Notes: a model not told the origin generated them from the letters alone. DNA of 64,000 nt from Mayamaea pseudoterrestris (GCA_027923505.1 BROI01000001.1:2790001-2854000); one strand, 5' to 3'. Shown: positions 21,027-32,468, counted from the stretch's first letter. Translations and numbers: made by a program.

Positions 21027-21447
21027 CGTCACAAGGCAATAGTATGAAACGAGTGCCAATGAAAAGTGCGTCATGAGACAATAGTATAAAACGAGTGCCA
21101 GTGAAAACAACGTCAGAAGGCAATAGTATGAAACGAGTGCCAGTGAAAACTGCGTCATTAGGCAATAATATGAAACGGGTGCCAGTGAAAACTGCGTCAG
21201 TAGACAATTTTTTGAGTGCCAGTGAAAACTGCGTCATGAGGCAATAGTATGAAACGAAGTGCTAGTGAAAACTGCGTCAACAGGCAATAGTATGAAACGA
21301 GTGCCAGTGAAAACTGCGTCAAAAGGCAATAATACAAAACGAGTGCCAGTGAAAACTGCGTCAGAAGGCAATAGTATGAAACGAGTGCCAGTGAAAAATG
21401 CGTCAAAAGGCAGTAGTACGAAACGAGTGCCAGTGAAAACTGCGTCA
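21027..21447. repeat. 42-bp minisatellite, 10 units plus a partial unit; consensus CGTCA-NN-AGGCAATAGTATGAAACGAGTGCCAGTGAAAACTG
   Basis: Units read directly, starting at 21027, 21069, 21111, 21153, 21195 (37 bp), 21232 (43 bp), 21275, 21317, 21359, 21401 and 21443 (partial). Confidence 0.97.
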
Positions 21448-21551
21448 AACATACGCTCATCTTCAGCGTTGCATTTCGCAGTTCTCGATCAATTCACCAC
21501 CCCCTTGTCCTCGATGACAATCCTGCCCTACTACGTTCCCACCTCCTTAGA

Positions 21552-22437
21552 ATGAAGCATATCGTGCTGATTCATGTCATGGCTGTTATAAGTTTAAGAA
21601 CAGCATCGTCGTTTGTCCACCTTTCAAAGCGCAGCTGCAGGAGCTGTGGCACCAACGGCACAATAGGGCGGTTTGCGACTTCACAATTGACGGAACAGGT
21701 GCCGGTAGTATTGAATCCATTGGTCATATGTGGTCCTTCAGGTGTCGGGTATGTTCACAAGCAGATAACCGAATGTCACCTGTAGTTGCCCCCAGAGATT
21801 ATTGGCACCTTGTCTGTTGCTCTCGCCATCAATCTTCCTTTCGCTCACGTCACATATTTTCCTCATCATCTACCGGTACAGGAAAGGTTCCATTATCGAT
21901 ATATACATGAACAAGCATGGCGGAAGAGACCGATTTGGGTTTTCCGTCTCTCATACCACGCGTCAGCCACGACCAGAAGAGCGACATGGGGTGCACTATC
22001 ATTTTGTCAAGCGCAACGCATTTAGCGACTCCACCAAGTTTGTCGAACATGCTGAAGTGCACGGAAATTACTACGGGACATCTTGGGATGCATTAAGACA
22101 TGTACAGATGCAGGGCAAGAAAGCCTTGCTCGATATTGATTGTCAAGGAGTCAAGCGGCTAAAGTCTTATGATACTCGTAAGACTAATTCTTCCGACACA
22201 CTATTTTTGCCTCGATTCATATTCATTGCCCCACCATCTTTGGAAACACTTCATGAGCGACTGATAGCTCGTGGTACAGAGTCACCTGAGAGTCTACAGC
22301 GCCGGCTCGCCAATGCCGAGGCGGAAGTAGAATATGGCCTGGCTCAGGGGAATTTTGACGCGATCATTATCAACGATGATTTGTCTCGAGCAGCATCAGA
22401 GCTAGCGGAAACTATTGCTAGTCTGTACGTTGAGTGA
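21552..22437 (+). CDS. Guanylate kinase, probably plastid-targeted, 2 exons (21552-21748, 21882-22437)
   Basis: Splicing restores the P-loop GPSGVGKGS. Also SVSHTTRQPRPEE..GVHYHFV, EHAEVHGNYYGTS and FIAPPS. The leader ends in ASS-F. Confidence 0.93.
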
Positions 22438-22572
22438 TTGAATGTGATTGGCAGCTCAATTGACAGATGTAGTGATTGTTGCGACGGAAATATCATAGAC
22501 AGTGGATCTACACTTAATGAATACGTTTAGATTATCTACTTGTAAAAAGAATTCTTTTGCAGATAATATGCA

Positions 22573-24555
22573 CTAGCCCATGCTGACCAGAGTAGGTTGA
22601 ATACGCTTCTTGGGGCGAGCTTCGACGTTAGTTGCAGGCTCCTCCAGTGACATTTGATTTACCGCCTGGCCAACATCATCCGCCATGACTACATCCCCAT
22701 CAGGTGGACGGTCAGTGGTAATCACGCCCCCGAAAGCTCGAACGCAAGTCGGAGCGATTCGAACTTTTTGCTTCTTTGCAGGCGGTCCTTCAAAAACCTT
22801 AGCATTTCCTGGTTCACACGGAGGAACAAGTGTTGAGGCAAGTGGTGAAGACGCACATTCATTCGATGTGTTGAAACGGTCAGTCGTAACAGCACCGTTT
22901 TGGACGTGATCTGCAACACCGCTTGCAGTACTACCGGTAGTTGCACTCAATTCTCCTGCCGTCGGTGGTGATGCCACAGCTTCTTCCGTTCGAGGCACAT
23001 AGACTTGCCCTAATTCGCCAGCGGCGAAACTCACGACGGAGATATATCCATCCGAGCTACATATTACCAAGTGGTGTCCATCTGGGGACCACGTTGCGTC
23101 CGTCATGTGTGCATAGTGGAGTCCTCGCGCCACTGCCAGTGGCTGCGCATGGAGCGTGTCGTAGACCAAAACGGAGTCCCATGTCAAAACTGCAAATATG
23201 GATCGGTACGGCAAGCCATTGCTCGCCTTCATCGACTGATTCTCCTTTGCCGCATATTCGTCTTGCGATTGTGGAATCGAGTGTGGAAGCTCAAAGAGTA
23301 CTGGATTTGGACGAACCGCAATCGATGGCTGGACCGGATATTGATAAATTAGTAAAATGTGCCTTAAGGAAACCAGAAACAAAATGACGTAGACCATGTC
23401 CTTCTCAGCAGCAACACGCACCTTTTCCATTCCAAGCAAAATACGCGCAGGTTCATCCCAATTATGTCGACCCCACAGAGCCGTCGCAAATTGTGGCTGA
23501 GAATCCAGCGTCGTTTGCCACATGACAGAAGGCGTGATCAAATAGGCTCCATCTGTTGTCCAGGCCAACCGCCGGACGAAAGACTGTAATGTCGACTCAT
23601 CCGCAAATAAATGCTGACGAGCTGGTTTAGGCACACTCATGCCAATGACAGCATCTGTCTCCATGGTGCCAGTTTGGTGATGGAGCGAGCTGTTGACGCG
23701 TCGAAACTTGATAAGCTTCGTTTTGGTGCCCATTTCCAGCTTGGAGTCCGTTAAGAACGATTCCACAAAGCGCTGGTGCGCGGGCGGAGGAATATTGTTA
23801 CTGACTGTACCAGTTCCTGCAGGTGCAGCAGTCGAGTTGGCAACCGTTCGAAGTACTTTCTTCTTCATCGTCTTTTTAACCGGACTCTTGCGCGTGTGGA
23901 TGCGTACGGTACGATCGCTCGACATGCTTGCCAGATAGACTCCCTGCGGATCGTATGCAACACCCTGCACAAAATGCGAGTGATCGGTGCTGTTGAGATG
24001 GACGCATTTGAAGGCCGACTCCTGCGTCGCATCACGATGGTAAACATTTTCGCAGACAACGACAACGCTATCAATCGTCCCCAATACAAAGCGCTTTGAA
24101 TCACCGCTCCACGACAAGTCAGAGATTCCCTGTCCTCCTCGAGGAACAATATTGACTTTGAGGTCGCACTCTTTGACGACTTGACTCCAATAATAGCGGC
24201 CGTTATTGTTTCCTCGCAAATGGACTGGAACGGACCAGACAATGATTGCGCCAGAGTCGCTGGCCGAGGCCAAGTGCAAGCCGTCCGGACTGAACGACAA
24301 CGCGTTAATGCTGCTCTCATGCCGCGTCAAGGAGGTAAGGAATTCAAACGTCGTCTTGTTGTTAAAGTTGCTGCTGTTCTCGCCATTGTCAGCTTTTGCA
24401 AAATGAACCTTCCAAAGATGAATTCCAAAGTTATTTCCAGCCGTGGCTAAGATGCTAAACGATCCTCCGGCTGGAAGCAGCGAAACACCAAAGAGCGCTT
24501 GGTTTTTGCCCTTTTCATCGGCGTGCCAGCGCACTTGCGGCGTTTCCACTTTCAT
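22573..24555 (-). CDS. CHAF1B: Chromatin assembly factor 1 subunit B (p60/Cac2), WD40; probable in-frame intron 23421-23329
   Basis: MKVETPQVRWH, LTRHESSIN..FSPDG, HFVQGVAYDP, LFADESTLQSFVRRLAWT, LHYAHMTDATWS, and C-terminal B-domain-like KVRIAPT / KKRIQPTLV. Confidence 0.85.
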   Translation of the reverse strand: MKVETPQVRWHADEKGKNQALFGVSLLPAGGSFSILATAGNNFGIHLWKVHFAKADNGENSSNFNNKTTFEFLTSLTRHESSINALSFSPDGLHLASASDSGAIIVWSVPVHLRGNNNGRYYWSQVVKECDLKVNIVPRGGQGISDLSWSGDSKRFVLGTIDSVVVVCENVYHRDATQESAFKCVHLNSTDHSHFVQGVAYDPQGVYLASMSSDRTVRIHTRKSPVKKTMKKKVLRTVANSTAAPAGTGTVSNNIPPPAHQRFVESFLTDSKLEMGTKTKLIKFRRVNSSLHHQTGTMETDAVIGMSVPKPARQHLFADESTLQSFVRRLAWTTDGAYLITPSVMWQTTLDSQPQFATALWGRHNWDEPARILLGMEKVRVAAEKDMVYVILFLVSLRHILLIYQYPVQPSIAVRPNPVLFELPHSIPQSQDEYAAKENQSMKASNGLPYRSIFAVLTWDSVLVYDTLHAQPLAVARGLHYAHMTDATWSPDGHHLVICSSDGYISVVSFAAGELGQVYVPRTEEAVASPPTAGELSATTGSTASGVADHVQNGAVTTDRFNTSNECASSPLASTLVPPCEPGNAKVFEGPPAKKQKVRIAPTCVRAFGGVITTDRPPDGDVVMADDVGQAVNQMSLEEPATNVEARPKKRIQPTLVSMG

Positions 24556-25547
24556 TCTGTAAGCGCTCTGTCTTTATGAAGAAAATTGAGTTTACTGTGC
24601 GAGTATATCAGAGATGGCGACGGAAGGAATCGTTTGCGCTTGCGAACGGCGATAACGAGCGGAGGTCAATTTGCCATGGTGCGGCATGTCGCCGTCGCAT
24701 TGGAGCTTCGCGCCATCGGGATGCGCGCCGGCCGATCTAAAACTACCAAAGATTTACATGCACCTTAGGTGAGCTACAAGAACATGTTGATTCAAGCCAG
24801 GCGGTGGAGGCAGGCACCTGGACATCTATCTCATGAGCTCTTTACTATATATGTAATTGTGTTTCATGTCAAAGTTGTACCAAACTCTAGCAACATCATG
24901 TGATTGCACCTTGTCTGCTCATTGCAGTTGGAGTGCCGATAATGCTCCCTCATTCAATGCATGACTTGTACCACCCTGGTGTTATATCCACGCTTTATCA
25001 TTTGACTATACATTCATGTTGTGCATGTGACATTAGCCCACCAGAAACGGATATGGATGGATACCTGCAACTGAATAGAGAGTCTGACCCTGGCACCGGC
25101 TAAAACACTGGCAACATCTGCATTGAGGTGGTGGACCTCATGCATGACCTTCACGAGTATTGTACTTGGATGTATATTATACGGTACAGGAAGAGCAGCA
25201 AAGATGAGCAGTGGAACCAGATTTGTCGGACCAGTACCGCATAACCTCTACGACATTCGATGGTTTTCGCGGGCTCGCCTCTTCATCATCTTTGATGGCT
25301 CGTGGAGGCATGTTATACGCATGTACAAAGTCACAACCGCCAGTCCAACTCCTTTAAGGCAATCGCTGGCATCTAAATAAGACACTGCTCTGACTGAAGC
25401 CGCCGATCAGTTGAATACCATCGCTGTCGTAATAGCATCTGCTCTGCGACAGAGCGTGCGGCGTGCGAGCATCAGGCAACGCACTGCTTTACTGCCTTAC
25501 TTTCACAATTGTTGCCCTTCCACTGCTTTAACTAGAATAACGAAAGC

Positions 25548-27096
25548 ATGGAGCTGATATACGCATGGTGGAACTACTTTATGATTCCTTTCATAGCAGG
25601 CTTGGTGGGATGGGGTACCAATGTCGTCGCACTCGAAATGACACTAAAGCCTCTCGAATTCTGGGGAATCAACTTGTACCGATACAAGGATGAGCCATGG
25701 GGTCTATTTGGATGGCAAGGCATCATTCCGAGCAAGGCGGAAAAGATGGCGACAATCTGTTTTGAGCTCATGACGAAGCGTTTGTTCAGCATTCGAGAGG
25801 TTTTCGGTCGATTGGATCCAACAAGGTTCAGCGAAGTCATGGCCGACCCCGTTCTCCTAATGATGGACGTCATTATCAACGAAGTCGCTCAAACATACAT
25901 GCCTAATTTGTGGGAGAGTTTGCCGAAAGAAGTGCGCGATGATATTGGTATGTTGACTCGGTGCACCCGTCATCTGGCGCGATTTCCACTCACACAGTAG
26001 CCTCCTTGCCGCTCGTTAGTCGTTACCGCCGACAGCGAATGTGGAGCCTTCCTTGCCGATTTTATGAAGGACGTACAAGATCATGTGGACGACGTCATTG
26101 ACGTTAAGCACATGTCGGTCACCGCGTGCGTTGCTAACAAACATTTGATTGTCAAGATCTTTCAAGAGTGCGGCGATAAAGAATTTCACTTTATTCGCAT
26201 CTCGGGCTTGTACTTTGGCTTCTTATTTGGTATATTTCAGGTCAGCAAGATGGTCCACTGCGTTTGTCAGGGCATGCTTAGTGAGGCGCAGCTGACAACT
26301 TCTGTGTTTGTTCGCTCTGCTACCCACAGATGCTTCTCTACATGGTCTATCCTGCGAAGTGGACTGTAAGTCAGAAAGCAGTTCCTTGCATCCCGTGCAT
26401 TTGCAATTGCTATTTCCGTAAGCTAACTGCTCGTTTTAGCTTCCAGTCGCAGGTTTCATCGTAGGGTGGTTCACCAATTACTTGGCGTTGAAAATCATCT
26501 TCCAGCCGTTGGAACCTAAAAAGGTTTTGTGCTGGACCATTCAAGGGATTTTCTTGAAGCGGCAGAAAGAAGTGTCTGCTATTTTCGCACGGGTAGTGAT
26601 AACTGAAATCATGCATGTCAAGGTTTGTGTACAATGGATCCGTTGAATGCATATACGCGTGTCGTCTCTAGTGAATCCTGACCCATTTGCACTTTAATCA
26701 CACTAGGCTATTTGGGAGGCAATACTCACAGGGCCACTCTCCAGCAATTTTTTTGCTATGTTGCGGGCGCATACCCTTGTATTCACGGATAGGCTCATTG
26801 CAGAGATTCAGCCATTGGCGGTAGCCGGGCTTGGTGCCGACACATTCGCTCAAATGAAAGAAGATATTGCCCAAAAGGTAATCGACAGTCTTCCTTCCAT
26901 CATCGACAACTCGTATGGATACACGCAGGAAGCTTTGGACATGGAAAACACTATACGAACAAAAATGCAAGAGCTGGAAGCACCTGAGTTTGAAGGAGTA
27001 CTGCATCCAGCCTTCGAAGAGGACGAGATCCAATTAATCGCACTAGGCGGCATCTTGGGCGCTATTGTAGGATATCTACAAACATTTACAATGTAA
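25548..27096 (+). CDS. DUF445-like membrane protein, 5 exons (25548-25947, 26020-26240, 26330-26365, 26440-26622, 26707-27096)
   Basis: Internally repeated motif IPFIAGLVGWGTNVVAL..M..PLEF / PVAGFIVGWFTNYLALKIIFQPL, GWQGIIP, and C-terminal EEDEIQLIALGGILGAIVG. Four GT-AG introns preserve frame. Confidence 0.8.
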
Positions 27097-27160
27097 CAAA
27101 CCAAGCACATCAGCATTCTAGTAGCAGTTTTGTGTAATCTATTAGCGAGGTTGTAGCGAG

Positions 27161-27424
27161 TTAATACAGGGACCTCACTCCAATAACATCGTACTGTTCC
27201 CCTAGCATCTTGATGACATTGCCATCATCATCAATGTATTCAATCTTCTTTTGTAGACTGAATCGCTCAAAGGACTTTGTCAATATGCGATCTGTCGTAA
27301 GGAACTCGACACTACTCCCTTGCTTTTTGGCGGCGAGAATTTTCGGCACCAGATCAGCTGCCACTCCTTCTGGTGGTGCCGCCAGCACTCCAAACGGAAA
27401 GTTGCGAACTGTAGTAATCGTCAA
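27161..27424 (-). CDS. Short hypothetical protein (3' exon only; 5' structure unresolved)
   Basis: Protein-like 87-codon ORF lacking ATG. A candidate acceptor (TACTACAG) and upstream donor (GTATGC) exist, but I could not assign a start. Confidence 0.35.
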   Translation of the reverse strand: MTITTVRNFPFGVLAAPPEGVAADLVPKILAAKKQGSSVEFLTTDRILTKSFERFSLQKKIEYIDDDGNVIKMLGEQYDVIGVRSLY

Positions 27425-27967
27425 CGAAGTTGTTTACTGTCTGATAGTGTGCATAGTGGTAGTTTCCACTGCCGAAACGGTATGATAGGTGCTGCTATGG
27501 TAGCATACGCAAGACGCGTCCACGATTCGGCGAAGCTGCAGCGTCACAGTCATTGGTGGTCTTTGTGACTCCGACATTAACACGATCAAGGATAAGCCTT
27601 CTTCGCACGTTTTCACGAACAGAAAAGTGTCAATGACTATTGCCGTCGAACTGGAACAGACCTTTCTACTATTGCTAGCAGGCAATGTCTAAATTACTTA
27701 TGCCTTGCATGGGTGATTGGTTGATTTTTTTCGTCTTTTGTGGGATGTTGAGAATCTTTATATAGCCTCCTCGGACATTCCAGTGCGTTTATTCACAGTT
27801 ACTTAACCAAGGCAAGACCGTTCTTGAGGTGCCCTTCTTGCCTTGTGTTCGGTTGCGTTCCTTGATTCCTCGCGCGACCGGATCACGAATAAGAGGCGAA
27901 GGACGCCCATTATTCGACCCTCGTGGAACAAACAAGCGACAACAAGCAGTTTAGTCTTAGTTCCCAT

Positions 27968-28663
27968 ATGCAAGCAATGAACTCCCACGACAGTATATTG
28001 TTATTATCGCCCAGATTGGCAATGGATACCATTGCAAATCCACCATTCATGCAACAAAGCAACATTTACTGCAGAACTGCGTCCCCACATTCGAAGCGAA
28101 GGCGGCGGACGCAAAAAAACGTGTCCTTTGCCGAGGACGCCTTGTCGTATCCTACGTGTCTTTACGCGGAAGAGGCTGCGTCTACCTGGTATTCGCGACA
28201 GGAATTAGAGGCGTTCAAAACCGAACGACGAAACCTGGTCGTTATTTTGAAAAAGAACGATTTTGACCTTCGACGGGTCGGATACCATTTTTGTCTACGC
28301 GGGCTCGAGCCCTACTTTAGTCTACTTGCCAACAAATCCACCAAAGGCGCAAGGGACGCTGTCATGCAGACGGTGTTCGTTGAACAGGAGAGGCAACGTA
28401 CCTCGGGGCTTCTTGACGCCGAAGCAATGCGTACAGTCGTCACGGAAGCTTCGCGTACAGCCCAACAGATTGCTATAAAATTGGGATCAAGCGATGCAGC
28501 GGAAGCGATGACTATCCATGGAGAATCACTTTTAGAGCAGCTTGCCATTCGAGCGGAGAAGGGGCTTAGCTCTTGCATTCGAAGAGGGGTGGTAAAGACA
28601 CCGTCTTTGACTCAGCAGGAAGCGACTAGTTTGACCAGAGCGCTTCAACAACGACAAGACTGA
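27968..28663 (+). CDS. Hypothetical protein of a common diatom-type family (KxVSF...WYS..EL...C.RGLE)
   Basis: Motifs KNVSF, WYSRQEL, CLRGLE, VFVEQERQR and A..LG..DA. Confidence 0.7.
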   Translation: MQAMNSHDSILLLSPRLAMDTIANPPFMQQSNIYCRTASPHSKRRRRTQKNVSFAEDALSYPTCLYAEEAASTWYSRQELEAFKTERRNLVVILKKNDFDLRRVGYHFCLRGLEPYFSLLANKSTKGARDAVMQTVFVEQERQRTSGLLDAEAMRTVVTEASRTAQQIAIKLGSSDAAEAMTIHGESLLEQLAIRAEKGLSSCIRRGVVKTPSLTQQEATSLTRALQQRQD

Positions 28664-28735
28664 TCAATAAATTTCTGGCACTTATACTTAATCCAAAGTC
28701 TTATGTTTAGAACATAGTCGTTGCCAAGCCCCTAA

Positions 28736-30814
28736 TCACTCATTATGGGCAATCCCATGCCTCTTTTTTGCGGTCCGACGCTTTAGTGCTTGCACATGGT
28801 TATGGTAAACTTGAACCCGATTCGATTGGCCAGCTTTCAGTGGTGTGTCCATGGACGCACCAGTGAACAAGGAAAGAATGATTGGCATGCGCAAGTGCGA
28901 TTGGCGCGACGGAGGCCTCGCTAGCGCAGTAGATTTCGTCCATTGCAGAGCATTCTCTGTAAGCGCCAAGTTTTCGATGGAAGTGCGGTCATTCTTGTAT
29001 GTTTTATACGCTTGCACATATTTCTGGTAGGCCTCAACCTTGTTGGAGGGTTGATTGGCGACGCTCTGAGAAGAACAACTTTTCACATTCACATCCGTTT
29101 CCACATGAGAGCTGTCCGGCGTCACCGATCGCAAATTATCCAGCGGCGAGAGTGCGGCCAAAGTGACTTCCAGTGTCTTGTGCTGCTCGTTTGGCACGGT
29201 GCAAGATGTCCGCACAATGCTAATGCAATCGCCGTCGCCGGGAGCTCCTTTAACAACAAATTCTGGGCTTGGAAAAGCGCTTCTTGTTTGTGTGGCAGAG
29301 CAACAGACATCGATTGCCTTTGTCAGCATTCTTCCGCCAAACAGCGTCAACATTACTTCGCAATGCTGAAGAACAATTCTGCTACGCTCAAGGGATGTAT
29401 TACGAGACTTGATTGCACTTTGGAGACTGGCAGGATTAAACAATGTTTGGCGCGATGATGGATCGCGCTTGACGGAGGCTGCCGGCGATTTAAAAAGAAA
29501 GGTTTTGCCCCCAAACCAAGACAGAATGGGTGCTGTTCTTGAGCAAACCATTGTCAGACTTCTCGTCTTTGTCCAATAACTCCAGAGAGCATTTGGGTCC
29601 ATTCGTGACACTTTTTCTCTGTCTTGCGCGTCAACAAGAGTATCAAATGGATCGAAGACAACAAAGGGTAGTCGACGACCATTTTTACAGGATTCTTCAA
29701 CATGCAGCGAAACCGGCATAATCACCTTTCCATTCGACGTCCTCACATTTCCTGGCAAGTGTGGGGTGCTGTTGTTGTTGTCGATTTGGTGAGAAACAAA
29801 TGACCGGTCGGCAGTTGAAGAGCTGAGCATCGGTTTATCTGGCTGGAAGGCCAACATTCCTTTTGCATGCCAAACACGGTAGGCGCTTGTCACATTCATG
29901 GGTTCGCAGCAAACCAGGGCTGAAAGCGTTGGGCGCTCCGTTAAAGTGTTTTCTGATTGAAGACGAAAAATTGGTGACGGTGGGCCAGCAACCTCACGTG
30001 TCGACAATGCAGGGCTCGCGTCTAACTGCTGATCAATGCTACAACCCGAAATGGATGGAGTTGGTGTAACATCATACAAAGGGTCTTCTTGATCGCCAAA
30101 TCTTGAAGCCTTGCTTTCATCCTCATCCTCGCTAAGTAGCATGTTTCCACCGCCCGTTGGCGTGAACGCTTGCTCCAACCATTTCTTCTTACGATCAACA
30201 CTACCTCGCTCGACGCTAGATGTATTCTTGCCTGGAGATCCACTGCATACGGGATCAAGCTCTTCTGTTGTGCACAAAGACTCAGTAGCCTTGTCGAAGT
30301 TAGTAGTTGATGCAGAAACGTTCATGGTTGACGTGTACTTCACAGGGGAGTTTTCGAATAAAGCAGTTCTCTCGGCGATTTTTTGACCACGAATTACAGG
30401 AGTCCGATTCGCAAGAGCCTCATTGCTGTAGCGACGAGGACTCGGTATCGGAGATTCTTTCTGTACAGTCTTGTACAAAGACGGTCCAGTCAGGAGAGGT
30501 GAATTTGACATGTGTGACTGCGACTGCGGCAATCGCAACGCCGCTTCTTCAGTGACTGGAGCAAGCAGAGACTTCAGAGGCTTGGGAGTCTGAGTTTCAA
30601 TTAAGCTCTCTGACATTGACGCACTCTCAGCGGTCGACATGGTCAGTTCGGGAGATGGCGAATCTCTAACGACGGAAGACGTCAGCGGCGTTGGTTCGAT
30701 GATACTACCTGAACCTCCTCTGCAACCGACTGCGACCCCAGTAAACGCTTCGGGCTTTTTGATGCTCCCATTTCTTCTCCGTTCACCAAATCGCAGCCGC
30801 TTGAAAAGGCTCAT
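28736..30814 (-). CDS. Hypothetical Ser/Pro/Thr-rich, largely disordered protein (~690 aa)
   Basis: Long uninterrupted ORF with first ATG at 30814. No recognisable domain. Confidence 0.6.
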   Translation of the reverse strand: MSLFKRLRFGERRRNGSIKKPEAFTGVAVGCRGGSGSIIEPTPLTSSVVRDSPSPELTMSTAESASMSESLIETQTPKPLKSLLAPVTEEAALRLPQSQSHMSNSPLLTGPSLYKTVQKESPIPSPRRYSNEALANRTPVIRGQKIAERTALFENSPVKYTSTMNVSASTTNFDKATESLCTTEELDPVCSGSPGKNTSSVERGSVDRKKKWLEQAFTPTGGGNMLLSEDEDESKASRFGDQEDPLYDVTPTPSISGCSIDQQLDASPALSTREVAGPPSPIFRLQSENTLTERPTLSALVCCEPMNVTSAYRVWHAKGMLAFQPDKPMLSSSTADRSFVSHQIDNNNSTPHLPGNVRTSNGKVIMPVSLHVEESCKNGRRLPFVVFDPFDTLVDAQDREKVSRMDPNALWSYWTKTRSLTMVCSRTAPILSWFGGKTFLFKSPAASVKRDPSSRQTLFNPASLQSAIKSRNTSLERSRIVLQHCEVMLTLFGGRMLTKAIDVCCSATQTRSAFPSPEFVVKGAPGDGDCISIVRTSCTVPNEQHKTLEVTLAALSPLDNLRSVTPDSSHVETDVNVKSCSSQSVANQPSNKVEAYQKYVQAYKTYKNDRTSIENLALTENALQWTKSTALARPPSRQSHLRMPIILSLFTGASMDTPLKAGQSNRVQVYHNHVQALKRRTAKKRHGIAHNE

Positions 30815-31191
30815 ACTGTGAGTCCGAGCTTGCAGCAGGCGCAAATGGCTGCAGAGGTGTGGGCGATACCAATCGAAATCCTATGTTGAGGTTGCCGTGT
30901 CGCGGGTGGCGGATGTTCGCACCTCTTTTAAGTCGACGAGCGATCCAGGCCACAGCACTATAATCTTGTACTATATGTCGTCGACCTATTCTTTTTGTTT
31001 GGTAGTTAGCGTGGGTCAACGTTAGAGCATCACTTCCATGGTCGCAGCATGCATGCTTGGCAGGCTGGATCAGAATTTTTGGCAGCTGGGTTTTGTTGCG
31101 GGCGCGCGCTTGAATGCCGCGCCACGCCGCGCCGCGCCGCGCATCCACTGGATCGCATGTTGACGTCATGAAAGGACTATCCTAGCTTATC

Positions 31192-31201
31192 GTACCGGTA
31201 C
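31192..31201. promoter_or_regulatory. Palindrome GTACCGGTAC, candidate promoter element (also 33014, 52815, and duplicates 43724, 45546)
   Basis: Perfect 10-bp palindrome recurring in 5' intergenic regions. Confidence 0.35.
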
Positions 31202-31263
31202 ACGTCTGCGATCGAGTCGAATCGAATCCTTCTCGTCATTGCAAACTCGTTCGCATTCTCCAA

Positions 31264-32300
31264 ATGAAGCTTCTTCGCCTCGCCTCTATTAAAACAATCT
31301 GCCATTGCAATCCAGGCACTCATCGGATATTTGCATCTGCCCTACACTCGTTATCTACAATGGCATCGACCGAAGATTATGAACCACCCACGGTTTGGAT
31401 GTACGAGTCATCGGAGGGAAGTGCTTTCACCTTGAACCGCCCGACAGCGGGCTCGCGCTTTGAGAAGGCCCTTCCAGTTGGAAAGCATCCCATCCAGCTT
31501 TATTCTCTGGCGACTCCTAATGGTCAGAAGGTTACTAACATGCTAGAGGAACTCATCGAAGCTGGTTGCGATGTCGAATATGACGCATGGAGAATTGACA
31601 TTAGCAAGGGAGATCAGTTTGGCAGCGACTTTGTCTCGATTAACCCCAATTCCAAGATTCCTGCCATGCGGGTGTATGAGCCGGGACAAGTACCTTTGAA
31701 TCTATTTGAAAGCGGATCTATTCTTTTGTATTTGGCTGAGAAGTATAAGGTCTTTTTGCCCGAGGATCTTCACAAGCGCACCGCGACAATGAACTGGCTT
31801 TTTTGGCAGGTCGGATCAGGTCCATACATTGGTGGAGGATTTGGTCACTTCTTCGCTTACGCCAATATCAAGCAGAAGTATCCCATTGATCGATTTACCA
31901 TGGAAACAAAGCGCCAGCTGCATGTTTTGGAGTTACACTTGTCTGAAAATAGGTTCATGGTTGGTGATGAATACACTATTGCGGGTACGTGCGAGTAACT
32001 AGTCACAGATACCTATTCCGCGGTGTGTTCCTTACCGTTTCGTAACGTGCTGACAACATTACAGACATGGCTATTTTCCCTTGGTACGGCGGTGTTGTTC
32101 TCGGGAAGCTATACCCTCGCGCAGCTGAATTTTTGAACGTGAAGGCCGAGTATCCAAATGTTATTCGCTGGGCAGAAGAAATTCTTTCGCGTCCGGCCGT
32201 CAAGAGAGGAATGATCGTTAACAAGAGCGGGGGTGAAGAATTTACTCTTCTGGAGCGCCATGAAAGAAGCGATTTTGACAACTTTCCGACTGCTGCGTAA
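31264..32300 (+). CDS. Glutathione S-transferase / glutathione-dependent disulfide oxidoreductase, YghU (nu-class) type, 2 exons (31264-31984, 32065-32300)
   Basis: NRPTAGSRF..LPVGKHPIQLYSLATPNGQKV, GDQFGSDFV.INPNSKIPA, FESGSIL, GGGFGHF, and spliced YTIADMAIFPWYG. Confidence 0.93.
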
Positions 32301-32468
32301 CTAGGAGTACGCGTGTTTCTAGCCAGGAGAAGGACGAGTTACTATATTGTAAATACATACACGCCGATGCAACACATAATTTACACGATAACTTGCTTTT
32401 GCATGCTAATTATCTATACGTTACGATTTTACGGCTGCCTCAAAGAAGGCGACGACAGATAAAAGCAT

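Noticed and set aside
21027..21447. CRISPR array, hammerhead ribozyme array, or 14-aa repeat protein
   Set aside because: There are no unique spacers (only 2 variable nt) and no cas genes. GAAAC..GTC is present but the CUGANGA core is missing. Indels in units 5 and 6 break every frame.
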